In this document: piece after piece, positions 9,689 to 18,971 of the stretch | Layout: the number at the start of each line of letters is the position of its first letter | How positions within the stretch are numbered: position 1 is the stretch's first letter | Source: Candidatus Sigynarchaeum calidifontis | GTDB taxonomy: Archaea > Asgardarchaeota > Lokiarchaeia > Sigyniarchaeales > Sigyniarchaeaceae | Reading direction: 5' to 3' | Assembly: GCA_030587475.2 (NCBI GenBank) | Contig: JAUQYZ020000102.1 | Location: 26,012 to 90,011, forward strand | DNA: 64,000 nucleotides | Translations under genes and position numbers: made by a program | The notes under the pieces: model-generated | What the model was told of the DNA's origin: nothing | The model's input: only the letters and a program-made list of their open reading frames with translations | Databases searched by the model: none

Positions 9689-9952
9689 TCACTTTAAAAG
9701 GGGTTCCATGAACTCCTTGATGGGCCCGGACAGCGTGTCAACCTTTATCAGGGAAACGCAGCAAGGGTTTCCTCCTCTTGATAAGGTGATGACCGCGATC
9801 TTGTCCCCCGCGTTCCAGCCAAGCTTGTTCCGGATATCTTTCGACAAAACTAGCTGGCCGCGGGCGTCTATCGACGTGATGGCATCTATCTTGCAGATCG
9901 ATCGTAGTTCCTGCTTGCACCCGCAAGTGCTATCGGTGTCGGGCATTGTCAT
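9689..9952 (-). CDS. hgcC: AbrB/SpoVT-fold DNA-binding protein, HgcAB-associated HgcC-like
   Basis: 'SIDARGQLVLSKDIRNKLGWNAGDKIAV' AbrB signature with extra Cys ('TCGC', 'PCC'); ends 6 bp upstream of the hgcA-like start. Confidence 0.8.
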   Translation of the reverse strand: MTMPDTDSTCGCKQELRSICKIDAITSIDARGQLVLSKDIRNKLGWNAGDKIAVITLSRGGNPCCVSLIKVDTLSGPIKEFMEPLLK

Positions 9953-9964
9953 ATATCAAGTGCA

Positions 9965-9998
9965 ATCAGAATATATAAGGTTATTCTGATATATCAGA
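9965..9998. promoter_or_regulatory. TATA box with overlapping inverted repeats upstream of the hgcC-hgcA-hgcB operon
   Basis: ATCAGAATA-N8-TATTCTGAT (9965-9990) overlaps the perfect palindrome TCTGATATATCAGA (9985-9998); minus-strand TTATATAT at 9978-9971, about 20-25 nt before the hgcC start. Confidence 0.65.
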
Positions 9999-10136
9999 TC
10001 ATCAAGCATATAAAGGCATCCTATGGCGCAAATGACGTGATCCGGCAATCGCTTGGTAAGAACCACCTGAAATTAACACGGGATGGTTTGATCCAGGGCT
10101 ATCGCTTTTTAACCGCGAATTGGGAAGCCGATCACC

Positions 10137-11369
10137 ATGGCAACCGAAACCAGAAGAGGACTCTCGGAACGCGTGGCAAGAATGGCCCATGCACTGGAGC
10201 GCCGCATGGACTATCTTAAGGCTCTCCAGGGAAGTGGTTTTACCATTGCCACGATCCTTTTCATAGCGATCTCCACGCATTTCTTCGTCCAGACCTTGAG
10301 GTCGGTCATCATTGCCCCGGCTATATTCGATGAGCTCCTGCCCGTTTTCATTGCGTTGATCGCCACCCCTTTCGCCGTGGCTGCCCTCACGCTCGTGTGC
10401 AATGATCCATTTCTCGGCCTGGTAGGCGCGTTCGTGCAAGCACTAGGGAGGGGATTCTTGCTCATGCCCTCCGATGCGGAGAACCTGGGCTATTACGCCG
10501 GCATGATCTGTGGCATTTTCGGCTATTCGTTGGCCTTTCTCGGGGTGCTCGGGGCGGTTCTCACGCGTTCCCCGCTCAATGTTTCACAAGACCAGGAAAA
10601 AACACGGCCATCTGCGATTGCCGGGGGAACGCTGCTCGGCATGGCGATGAACATCGTTCTCCGTTTGCCAAGTCCTGTTGGAGCCAGCATCGCGGAGAAC
10701 ATCTTGTGCAATTGCATGTTATTCCTCGTTTTTTCTTCCGTCGCGCTATATTGGTACAAGGGACATCATCAGGAGCACAACATTCTCAAGAACGTCCTGC
10801 CGGCTGATACCAAGCGCGGCAAGGCAAAAAAATTCCGAAAGACCCTGCATATCTTCATGCTTGGACCATGTTTCGCTGTCCTGGGGTTTTATTTCAACCG
10901 GCCCGAGTGGATCGCGGCTGCAGCCGGAATGCCCTACACGGCGACCGCCTACGTGCTCGTCTTGTCTATCTTGGTAGCCCCGCTCGTGCGGGCGCTCGGC
11001 GTATTCAGAAAACAGGCACGGGATGTCGTAACGCTGGCTTGCATCGCCGCTTCATTCGTTGGCATCGGTTTCATGCATTTCTTGCCTGCCGGCCCATATC
11101 TCTTGATCCTCATCGTGCCAACCCCGTTCGGGCTGGGACTCATCATTGATAGAGCCATCTCACAAACGGCCCTGGAACGCGCCGACAACGTGGATATCAC
11201 GATCATCCTCGCCTGGATGGTCTCCCTTGCGAGTATTCTCGGGTCAAACGTGCTTTCTCTACTCATTTTCATTCCTTACGCGGGGATTATCGTCATGGCC
11301 CCGCTTGTCCTATACACAGCAATTGATGCCATCAATACTATAAAGCGCGGGAGCGAGGTAGGAGAATAG
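10137..11369 (+). CDS. Multi-pass membrane protein (about 12 TM, 6+6 arrangement)
   Basis: Two hydrophobic halves separated by a basic loop; stop abuts the next gene's ATG. Confidence 0.7.
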   Translation: MATETRRGLSERVARMAHALERRMDYLKALQGSGFTIATILFIAISTHFFVQTLRSVIIAPAIFDELLPVFIALIATPFAVAALTLVCNDPFLGLVGAFVQALGRGFLLMPSDAENLGYYAGMICGIFGYSLAFLGVLGAVLTRSPLNVSQDQEKTRPSAIAGGTLLGMAMNIVLRLPSPVGASIAENILCNCMLFLVFSSVALYWYKGHHQEHNILKNVLPADTKRGKAKKFRKTLHIFMLGPCFAVLGFYFNRPEWIAAAAGMPYTATAYVLVLSILVAPLVRALGVFRKQARDVVTLACIAASFVGIGFMHFLPAGPYLLILIVPTPFGLGLIIDRAISQTALERADNVDITIILAWMVSLASILGSNVLSLLIFIPYAGIIVMAPLVLYTAIDAINTIKRGSEVGE

Positions 11370-13103
11370 ATGGCAAAACAAGTTAAAAATCGTGCACTGA
11401 TGGTCTTCTGGATCGCCGTGCTCGTGATCCCTGCAATGTTGATTCCGGTATTGGATACCAGCTCGAAAACACCGCCGGTAGTCGAGAAGCACGTCATGGC
11501 GAATTTATATACCTGGTACGGCACGCCGACGGGGCCGGCGGGTCAATGGTTCTTCAAGAGCTTCCAGCGCAACGGGTCGGCAACGGACTGGGACATCTCG
11601 AAATCGAACATGACCCGCGTGGCCAACACGACCGGGCAAGGGGCATACGTCGCCACGGGCGAAGCGACGGGTATAAACACCAACGGTCTCGTTCTGTCGA
11701 TACCGGCTAGCTCTTTCCCCCTTCGTGCCGGGTTTCGCACCTATTTCGCGCTCAACGTGTCGGTTAACGACACGGACGCGACCATGACGTTCAACATCAA
11801 GAAAAAAGGCACGCGTTATAGCTCGCCCGTGCCCGTCTCCATGCAGTTCAACATGGTCTACCTCGTGTTCCCGTTCAACTTCACGGGCTCGCCGTGGGCG
11901 GGACCGGACGAGTTGACCATCGAGCTCGTGGCAACGGCGCCGGGAAATTATTCTCTCTCGGTGTCGAGCATGTCGATCGGCGAGTGGCAGCACTACCATG
12001 AGGACTACCACGCTTATTATAATGAAGGGCTCGGTGCATGGATGAATGATCCACCATTTTCGAAGGCGACCGACAAGAACGTGTACTTCCCGGGCAACAT
12101 CAGTGATGCCCTCGGGCCGATCCCCTCGTACGGCAACTACACGCACCACTGGGCCGAAAAAGCCGGGCCGAATATGGACCAGGTGATACCGCCAAGATCC
12201 TACCTCGGCATCTACGACTCGCTCGACCCGGTCGCCATTGAAGCGCAGCTGCGGCTCATGTGGTGGGCCGGCATCGACGTGGTCATGCTCATGCATCCGT
12301 GGGACTTCGAGGTGGCCAGGATCATCATGGACATCGCCTGGGACGTCCGAGGGCGGTTCGACGCGCTGGGTAACGGCAGCACGTTCGGTATCAAGTTCGT
12401 CTACTACGACGGCTGGAACCGGATGAGCAACTTGCTCTACCAGATCAAGTCGTACAAGCATTACAACGAGCTCTATCTCAAGGCAAATGGAGGCCCCGCG
12501 TTCTATGTCGGATTCACGGGGTTGCTGGAAGAGCCATACGCCAATTATGCAGTCGAGTTCGGCGCCATCAAGAAAGCGCACCCGGGGGTTTTCATGGTCG
12601 GCGACGGGTACCTCCCGCCGAAGGAGGAGATGCTCGACTTGCTCGACGGGTTCTACTTTTACGACACGAGCGGGCTCATGCGGATGGGTTATGGTGACTC
12701 CCGGATCAAGGTCTACCAGCCAGACGGCAGCCCGAGCCGGGGTCATGGCAAGCTGGACAGGATCTTCTCTGCGAGCTCGATTATCATCCACGCTCACGGC
12801 GGCATCTACGCTGCGACGGTCATCCCAGGAACGGACAACACGTGTGTCCATGACTTCGAGGGCAAGCCGCTCTATGATGGCCGGCCGGGGACGATCGTGG
12901 AGCGCGTTGGCGGCTTCACGTTTAACTACACGTGGCAATGCGCCGTGGCCGCCGGTGCCGAGTGGATCACGATCACGAGCTGGAACGAGCTCCACGAGGG
13001 CACCGAGATCGAGCCCACTGTGGAGAATGGAACGTTTTATATCGCGCTCTGCAGGTCGTGGTCCTCGCAGCAAGCCCGAGGGGCTTTTCAACTAAAAACA
13101 TGA
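11370..13103 (+). CDS. Membrane-anchored GH99-like glycoside hydrolase (endo-alpha-mannosidase/mannanase family) with an inserted beta-rich domain
   Basis: N-terminal TM; 'NLYTWYGTP', 'GIYDSLDP', 'AGID', 'TVIPG', and 'ITSWNELHEGTEIEP' (GH99 consensus ITSFNEWHEGTQIEP). Confidence 0.8.
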   Translation: MAKQVKNRALMVFWIAVLVIPAMLIPVLDTSSKTPPVVEKHVMANLYTWYGTPTGPAGQWFFKSFQRNGSATDWDISKSNMTRVANTTGQGAYVATGEATGINTNGLVLSIPASSFPLRAGFRTYFALNVSVNDTDATMTFNIKKKGTRYSSPVPVSMQFNMVYLVFPFNFTGSPWAGPDELTIELVATAPGNYSLSVSSMSIGEWQHYHEDYHAYYNEGLGAWMNDPPFSKATDKNVYFPGNISDALGPIPSYGNYTHHWAEKAGPNMDQVIPPRSYLGIYDSLDPVAIEAQLRLMWWAGIDVVMLMHPWDFEVARIIMDIAWDVRGRFDALGNGSTFGIKFVYYDGWNRMSNLLYQIKSYKHYNELYLKANGGPAFYVGFTGLLEEPYANYAVEFGAIKKAHPGVFMVGDGYLPPKEEMLDLLDGFYFYDTSGLMRMGYGDSRIKVYQPDGSPSRGHGKLDRIFSASSIIIHAHGGIYAATVIPGTDNTCVHDFEGKPLYDGRPGTIVERVGGFTFNYTWQCAVAAGAEWITITSWNELHEGTEIEPTVENGTFYIALCRSWSSQQARGAFQLKT

Positions 13104-13174
13104 GCCTCCTTGCTCAATTAACCATTTTTTTCCTTTTCACGGTTCACTGTTCTAAAATTTGTCGCCCAACAAGG

Positions 13175-13939
13175 TCATTCGATGATTTTTTTGAAGCTGA
13201 GCGTGGCGATGGCGAACATGAGCGCGTCGAACAAGATCAGCACGCCGATGTCGGGCAAGAGGTTGCTGAAATCGCCCGTGACGAGCAAGCATCGAACCGC
13301 ATCGACTATGTAGCTCATTGGATTGAGGATCGCGATTTGCTGCAAGATCACGGGCATCACGTGAAGAGGATACAAGGCGCTGGAGAGGAAATACAAGGGG
13401 AAGATCACTGCTTGCCCGATGCCCATGAACCGTTCCCTCGACTTCATGAACGAGGCGACGAGAATCGATATGCCCGCAAAACCCCCCGAAGAGAAGAAAA
13501 TGATCGCGAGGGCACCGGTGAAACCGAGAACGTCCATTCGGAACCGCACGCCGATCAAGAGCGCGAAAGGGACGATTAAAATGACCTGGAATAGCGACCG
13601 GACCCCTGATGCCATGGCACGGCCGATCACGATGGCATACCTTGCAGAGGGCGTGACCAAGAGCCGCTTCAAGATGCCCGATTCCCGTTCCCAGACGATC
13701 TGCAAGCCATAGAAGATCGAGACAAACGTCGTGGAGTGGATGAGGACACCTGGCGTTATGTAGTCCGTGTACGGGATCCCACCGGTCGGAACCGCACGTG
13801 CCGCGCCCATGATGGGCCCGTACACGACGAGCCAGAGAATCGGCTGCACCGCCCGGATGTAGAGCTCGGTCTTGTCGTGCCGGAGGCGGCGCAGCTCGAG
13901 CTCTATCATGGTACCGATGTTCTTCAGCCACGTCAGCAT
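13175..13939 (-). CDS. ABC-2 type exporter permease (DrrB-like)
   Basis: 'VQPILWL', 'YTDYITPG', 'WERESGILKRLLVTP', 'FLSSALYP', 'NPMSYIVDAVR'. Confidence 0.93.
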   Translation of the reverse strand: MLTWLKNIGTMIELELRRLRHDKTELYIRAVQPILWLVVYGPIMGAARAVPTGGIPYTDYITPGVLIHSTTFVSIFYGLQIVWERESGILKRLLVTPSARYAIVIGRAMASGVRSLFQVILIVPFALLIGVRFRMDVLGFTGALAIIFFSSGGFAGISILVASFMKSRERFMGIGQAVIFPLYFLSSALYPLHVMPVILQQIAILNPMSYIVDAVRCLLVTGDFSNLLPDIGVLILFDALMFAIATLSFKKIIE

Positions 13940-13942
13940 GTT

Positions 13943-14947
13943 TTAACCACCTCCGCCGATGCGCTTGCGCGTCTGCTTGATGTCCTTAATGCTCGTGGTG
14001 GATTCGAGCCTTGTCCCGGCGTATTTCAGGAAAACGTCGTCCAATGAAGGCTTGTTGGTTGATATCTTGTTGATTACCACGTCATTAGAACGTAATATTT
14101 CAATTACACCAGGAATCGCGCGATCCGCGGCCTTAACGTGAATGTTGATTGTTCCCTCATTCACCACGACGTCGCTCACCCCGTCCAGGCCCTTCAACGA
14201 ACCGACAACCCTTGCACCAGGCTCCGGGCAAGCGATGGTGACCGTGATGATCTCGGCGCCCACGCTGGCCTTCAATGCGTCGGGCTCCCCGTTGGCGACC
14301 TCCTTGCCCTTGCTGATGATCGTGATCTGGTCAGCGTAGGCATCGGCCTCGTCCATGTAGTGCGTGTTGAAGAAGACGGTCATCCCCACTTCCTTCTTGA
14401 AAGCGAGCACCTTGTCCCAGACGGCCTTGCGTGCTGCTGGGTCGAGGCCGATGGTCGGCTCGTCCAGGAACAAGAGACGAGGCTTGATGAGCAATGCGGA
14501 GGCGATCTCGAGCCGGCGAATCATCCCGCCCGAGTAGATCTTGACGACCTTGTTGGCGAATTCGGTCAAGTTCATCTCTTCCAGCGCGTCGTCGATCATC
14601 TTCTTCCGCTGGGACGAGGGAATCCCGTAGATCTTCGAAAAGACAAGCATGTTCTCGTAACCCGTTATGTCCGTCCAAACGCTCATCTCTTGCGGGACGT
14701 AACTGATCATCTCTCGTATCCTTTTTCCCTCGCGAATGACATCCAAGCCGAACACGTACGCCCGGCCACTTGTGGCCTTGAACTGCGTGGTCAAGATGCG
14801 CATGAGCGTCGTCTTGCCGGAGCCGTTCGGGCCGAGCATGGCAAATATTTTGCCCGCCTCTACCTGGATCGAGAGGCCGTCGAGCGCCCGGACGTTCCCC
14901 TTGAAGACCTTGCTGATGTTGCTTGCCTCGACTGCCAGCTCGACCAT
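13943..14947 (-). CDS. ABC exporter ATP-binding protein (DrrA-like)
   Basis: Walker A 'GPNGSGKT', signature 'YSGGM', Walker B 'LFLDEPTIGLD', 'THYMDEAD'. Start set at MVELAVE (14947) to avoid overlap with cca. Confidence 0.93.
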   Translation of the reverse strand: MVELAVEASNISKVFKGNVRALDGLSIQVEAGKIFAMLGPNGSGKTTLMRILTTQFKATSGRAYVFGLDVIREGKRIREMISYVPQEMSVWTDITGYENMLVFSKIYGIPSSQRKKMIDDALEEMNLTEFANKVVKIYSGGMIRRLEIASALLIKPRLLFLDEPTIGLDPAARKAVWDKVLAFKKEVGMTVFFNTHYMDEADAYADQITIISKGKEVANGEPDALKASVGAEIITVTIACPEPGARVVGSLKGLDGVSDVVVNEGTINIHVKAADRAIPGVIEILRSNDVVINKISTNKPSLDDVFLKYAGTRLESTTSIKDIKQTRKRIGGGG

Positions 14948-15033
14948 GAATTGACATCCGCGCGGGGCGGAAAAAAGCCTTTCGCGGCCGAACCTTGGTG
15001 TTTTTGTACGCGTTATTCCTCTGTTGATTTGCC

Positions 15034-16557
15034 ATGACATTCCCGTTTCAGCACGTGCTACCATGCATGAACATCGCCTCGGACGTGCTCCCTCCCGAGA
15101 AGCTCGAACGCATCGCCAGCGCGAAGAGCAACGTGCTGGAACGGATCAAGCCCACGCCGGCGGAGATATCGAGGATCAACGGGACCACTAGGCGCGTTGC
15201 ACGAGTGGTAATGGAAATCTTGCAAGGCCGGGGCCTTAGCATCGATTACATAGAGCCACAAGGATCGACCGGCTTGAAGCAGACCCAGCTCGCTGGTGAC
15301 AGCGACGTGGACTTGTTCATCGGCATGAACCCGTCCGTGATAGCCGCTTACAAGGACTTACCGAAGAAGGAGCTCAAGGAACGGCTCAAGGAGCTCTTCA
15401 CGACCACGATCAACGATGCTCTCGTGCCCGGGTTGACGAAAGCATTGAATCCGCAGAATATCATGTTTTCGTACGCGGAACACCCGTATCTCACCATCGT
15501 GGTGGACGAGGTCAAGTTCGATATCGTCTTTTGCCTTAATCTCACGAGCGCCTACATCGAGCGGGAAGACATCATCACGGCAATGGATCGTACGCCGCTG
15601 CACAGCAAGTTCGTGAAGGAGAAGTTGACCGATGCGCAAAAAGACGAGGTCCGGCTGCTCAAGACGTTCCTCAAGGCACATCATGTATATGGCGACAAAG
15701 CCGCCCCTGGCCAGATGGGCTTCATCGGCTATGGCGTCGAGATCTTGATCCACTTTTTCGGCAACATGGAGAACGTGATGGTCAACTTTGACCGCCTTCC
15801 CACGTACGCCATCGACGTGTTCGGCCGCGACACTGCGGAGCTCCGAAAAGTCCAGCGGTTCGTCAATGATTTCTTGATCATCATCGACCCCACCGACCGA
15901 AATCGCAACGTCGGCTCGAGCACCGACCAGCGATGCTACCGGCACGCGCTCCATGAGATCCAATCTTTTCTCGATCACCCGGGTCCAGAACATTTCGAGA
16001 TATCCCCGATTCCTGGACCAACAAACGATGACCCGCACATCGTCGCGATCGTGTTTGATAACGAGAAGCAAGTGCACTACACGATCGTTCGGGATAAGCT
16101 CTACCGGCTCGGCAACCTTGCTCGCAAAGAACTGGAATACGAACCCACGGGCGAACCGCGCTTCGGTAGGATGACATTCTCCGTGCTACTTGCCAAGGAT
16201 GAATCCCAAGCTGCCCTCGCCTTCCACGTGGAGCACCCGTCCATTCCTGCCAAGTTTAAAATATTCGGGCCCAACTCGCACGACGACAAGGCCCGTGTCA
16301 AGGTGTATCTCGAAAAGCACCCGGACGCCCGCCTTGATGAAAGGGGAATCTACTTCACGGAGAAGAATCGAAACATCACGAACTTCTCCGATGCCCTCGC
16401 CAAGCTCGTAAAGGCTCGCTTCGACATCAAGGGAGTGACCCCGGTCAAAAATGCACATCGCAAGATCGACGTTTCCATCAATCCAGAACGCGTGATAGGG
16501 AGGCAAGCGATCCACGTGCTCAAGAACATGGTTCTACCTTACATTCAATCGGGATGA
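15034..16557 (+). CDS. cca: Archaeal class I CCA-adding enzyme
   Basis: 'QGS..KQTQLAGDSDVDLFI', 'YAEHPY', 'MDRTPLH', 'DEVRLLKTFLK', 'GFIGYGVE', 'IDPTDRNRNV'. Confidence 0.92.
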   Translation: MTFPFQHVLPCMNIASDVLPPEKLERIASAKSNVLERIKPTPAEISRINGTTRRVARVVMEILQGRGLSIDYIEPQGSTGLKQTQLAGDSDVDLFIGMNPSVIAAYKDLPKKELKERLKELFTTTINDALVPGLTKALNPQNIMFSYAEHPYLTIVVDEVKFDIVFCLNLTSAYIEREDIITAMDRTPLHSKFVKEKLTDAQKDEVRLLKTFLKAHHVYGDKAAPGQMGFIGYGVEILIHFFGNMENVMVNFDRLPTYAIDVFGRDTAELRKVQRFVNDFLIIIDPTDRNRNVGSSTDQRCYRHALHEIQSFLDHPGPEHFEISPIPGPTNDDPHIVAIVFDNEKQVHYTIVRDKLYRLGNLARKELEYEPTGEPRFGRMTFSVLLAKDESQAALAFHVEHPSIPAKFKIFGPNSHDDKARVKVYLEKHPDARLDERGIYFTEKNRNITNFSDALAKLVKARFDIKGVTPVKNAHRKIDVSINPERVIGRQAIHVLKNMVLPYIQSG

Positions 16558-16751
16558 AAAAAATCCCCTCGATATGGAAGAATTCAACCAACACGCCAGC
16601 GAAATACCATGATTATACCCCTTATCAATGCTATTCTTGCATCATCAACGCCATAGCTGCATTGCGGCCAACCCGCGACATCTATGTGCCCGAACGTAAA
16701 GTTCCGTCTCGGCTAGCGGGGAGACGTGGCTTGATAAAAAGAAAAGGAAAA

Positions 16752-18971
16752 TTATTTCCGTGTGTAGATGAACCGGTCCCACGAGGACGGGTTCGGGAGT
16801 TCCAGGGGCATTTTCTTGCGCTTCCGGATCTCCATAATAACCTTGTTCGAATCCGGCACGGGTTCGAAGCCGAGGAACTCGTACCCGAACAGCGCTTTTC
16901 CCGACGTGACGGAGCGGAACTCGTCCGCGAGGCCGATGGTCTCCACCGCGGGAAGCTTGCCCGTGATGTGCATGAGGTTCTCCTCCTGGACCATGTTTAA
17001 CACCTGGCCGCGATGGGCTGTGAGAACGCCTATGATATTGCCTTCCATACCCATCGGGGTCTTGATGTCGACGCGCTGGACGGGCTCGTAGAGCTTGGGC
17101 TTGGCCGACAAGAAACACAGCGACAGGTTGCTTATAGTCATGCCGGCGATTTCGTTGAAGCCCGTGTGCGCGGAATCCTCGTGCACCGTGGCATCCGTGA
17201 AGACCGCCTTGATGGCCGAGACGGGCTCCTTGGCAAGCGGGCCACCCTCGAGCCACTCGCGCCATGCAGCGATCAGGTACGACTTAATCTTGTCGAGGCG
17301 TTGTAGCCCGTGGGTGTCATTGACAAGGATATTTCCCTCGTACACGTCCCAGATGTTGCGAGCCTCTTTTGCGTCCCAGCCGGCCTCGTCTCGCAGTACT
17401 TGAGCACGAATTTTCTCCTTTTGATCCGCGGTGACCTTGCCGTCCATGACAAGCTGGAGGGTCTTCTCATCCAGGGGCTCGAAGTGCATCAGCAAGCGGT
17501 TGTGGCCGTTGGCGCTCTTCGTGTGGTACTCGCTAGATTTTTGCGTGATGCGCTCGCGGTACACGATGATCGGGTCGCTCACGATGATCGGGACTTGCAT
17601 GTTCACCCGCTTCGTGATGATCTCAATCTGGAGCGGGTCAATCCCCGAGAGGATGTACTCGCCCGACTCTTTATCCTTCACGAACTTGGCCGTGTTGTCG
17701 GCCATGAGCCACTTCGACACCACGTCACCGAGCTTGGCAATGTCCTTCGAATCCTTGGCCTTGATGGACTGGGACACGACCGGTTCGCAGACATACTTGA
17801 TCTGCTCGAAGGGGATCATTTCCTCGATCTGTTCGTCCGGGATGTCGCCCGAAACGAATGTCTCGCCGGCGGGGCAAATGAACCCGAACACCGCGAATAG
17901 ATTCCCCGCGGGCACGTGATCCATGTCCAAAATATCGGTGATCTCCATGACACCAAGTCGTTTAATTTTTTGGCGTTCCTTGCGACCCATCAAGTAAATG
18001 CTATCTCCGGCGTGCAGCGTACCCGAGAACACGCGGCCAATGAGCGTGGGACGGAAACTCTTGGGATCGATGAAGATCTTGAGGATGAGGCCGAGTAGTG
18101 GGCCGTTCGGATCCGACGTGAGAAGGGCCTTTCCGAGGGTTGAATCGAGATCGCCAGGCCAAATCTTTGGGATACGGAACTTCGCCGCTTCGAGCGGATT
18201 AGGTAAATGTTCGATGACCATCTGGAGCACGACGTCATCGAGGGGGAGGTTCTTCCGAAGCCAGAGAACATCGTTTTCCGAGTATTTCTTAAAGAAAATG
18301 TCGGGCTTGAGGCCCTTGTCCTGGAGCACCTTGAAGTTGAAGCCCCAGCCGTCCTTTGCACTGCCGATCGCGACCGAATTGTTTTTAAAGTCGACTTTCC
18401 AGCCGGAGTCCTTTGGGGCCACCTCCTTTATGAGACGGTTGACATCGTTGATGATCTTATCGAGGCGCAGGTAGAAGTCCTTTTGCGTGAGGCGCAGCTC
18501 CGAAATGAGCCGGTCGGCCTTGTTCAAGAAGAGGACGGGCTTGCACTTCTCCTCGCCTACGGCCAGGCGGATGTTCGTCTCGGTCTGGGTCATCATGCCC
18601 TCGAGGGCATCGACCAGGATGAGCGCACCATCGGAACCCCGCAATGCCCTGCTCACCTCGCCCGTGAAGCTGATATGGCCTGGCGTGTCGTTTATTTGGG
18701 CAATGTATTCTTTCCCGCCATATTCATACGCGAGGAGCACGACGCTCGTGAAGATCGTGATTCCACGAGCTTGCTCCTCCTCGTCGCTATCCATCATACC
18801 GAGATGGCCGGCATCTTGCTCTCGCATCAAACCAGCTCGCCGGAGTAGGTAATCTGCCATCGTTGTCTTTCCGTGGTCGATATGAGCAGTGATAGTAAAG
18901 ATGCGGCGGTATTCAAAAGCGGATTTCGTCACCATTTCGATGATTTCTTGATCATTTTTTACTCGAACCAT
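16752..18971 (-). CDS. Elongation factor 2 family GTPase, probably the Asgard aEF-2 paralog
   Basis: 'AHIDHGKTT', 'RGITI', 'DTPGH', 'NKAD'; all five EF-2 domains; diphthamide loop reads 'HEDSAHTG' instead of HxDxxHRG; no ribosomal protein neighbours. Confidence 0.9.
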   Translation of the reverse strand: MVRVKNDQEIIEMVTKSAFEYRRIFTITAHIDHGKTTMADYLLRRAGLMREQDAGHLGMMDSDEEEQARGITIFTSVVLLAYEYGGKEYIAQINDTPGHISFTGEVSRALRGSDGALILVDALEGMMTQTETNIRLAVGEEKCKPVLFLNKADRLISELRLTQKDFYLRLDKIINDVNRLIKEVAPKDSGWKVDFKNNSVAIGSAKDGWGFNFKVLQDKGLKPDIFFKKYSENDVLWLRKNLPLDDVVLQMVIEHLPNPLEAAKFRIPKIWPGDLDSTLGKALLTSDPNGPLLGLILKIFIDPKSFRPTLIGRVFSGTLHAGDSIYLMGRKERQKIKRLGVMEITDILDMDHVPAGNLFAVFGFICPAGETFVSGDIPDEQIEEMIPFEQIKYVCEPVVSQSIKAKDSKDIAKLGDVVSKWLMADNTAKFVKDKESGEYILSGIDPLQIEIITKRVNMQVPIIVSDPIIVYRERITQKSSEYHTKSANGHNRLLMHFEPLDEKTLQLVMDGKVTADQKEKIRAQVLRDEAGWDAKEARNIWDVYEGNILVNDTHGLQRLDKIKSYLIAAWREWLEGGPLAKEPVSAIKAVFTDATVHEDSAHTGFNEIAGMTISNLSLCFLSAKPKLYEPVQRVDIKTPMGMEGNIIGVLTAHRGQVLNMVQEENLMHITGKLPAVETIGLADEFRSVTSGKALFGYEFLGFEPVPDSNKVIMEIRKRKKMPLELPNPSSWDRFIYTRK

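Noticed and set aside
11505-13091. 528-aa minus-strand ORF
   Set aside because: Antisense shadow of the GH99-like gene; long shadow ORFs are expected at high GC3, and it has no motifs.
14948-15064. N-terminal extension of the ABC ATPase overlapping cca
   Set aside because: ATG 14947 gives a normal DrrA N-terminus; the extension is most likely the divergent promoter region.
16554-17000. 148-aa plus-strand ORF starting at the cca stop (ATGA)
   Set aside because: More than half overlaps the EF-2 paralog antisense and it has no recognisable motif.
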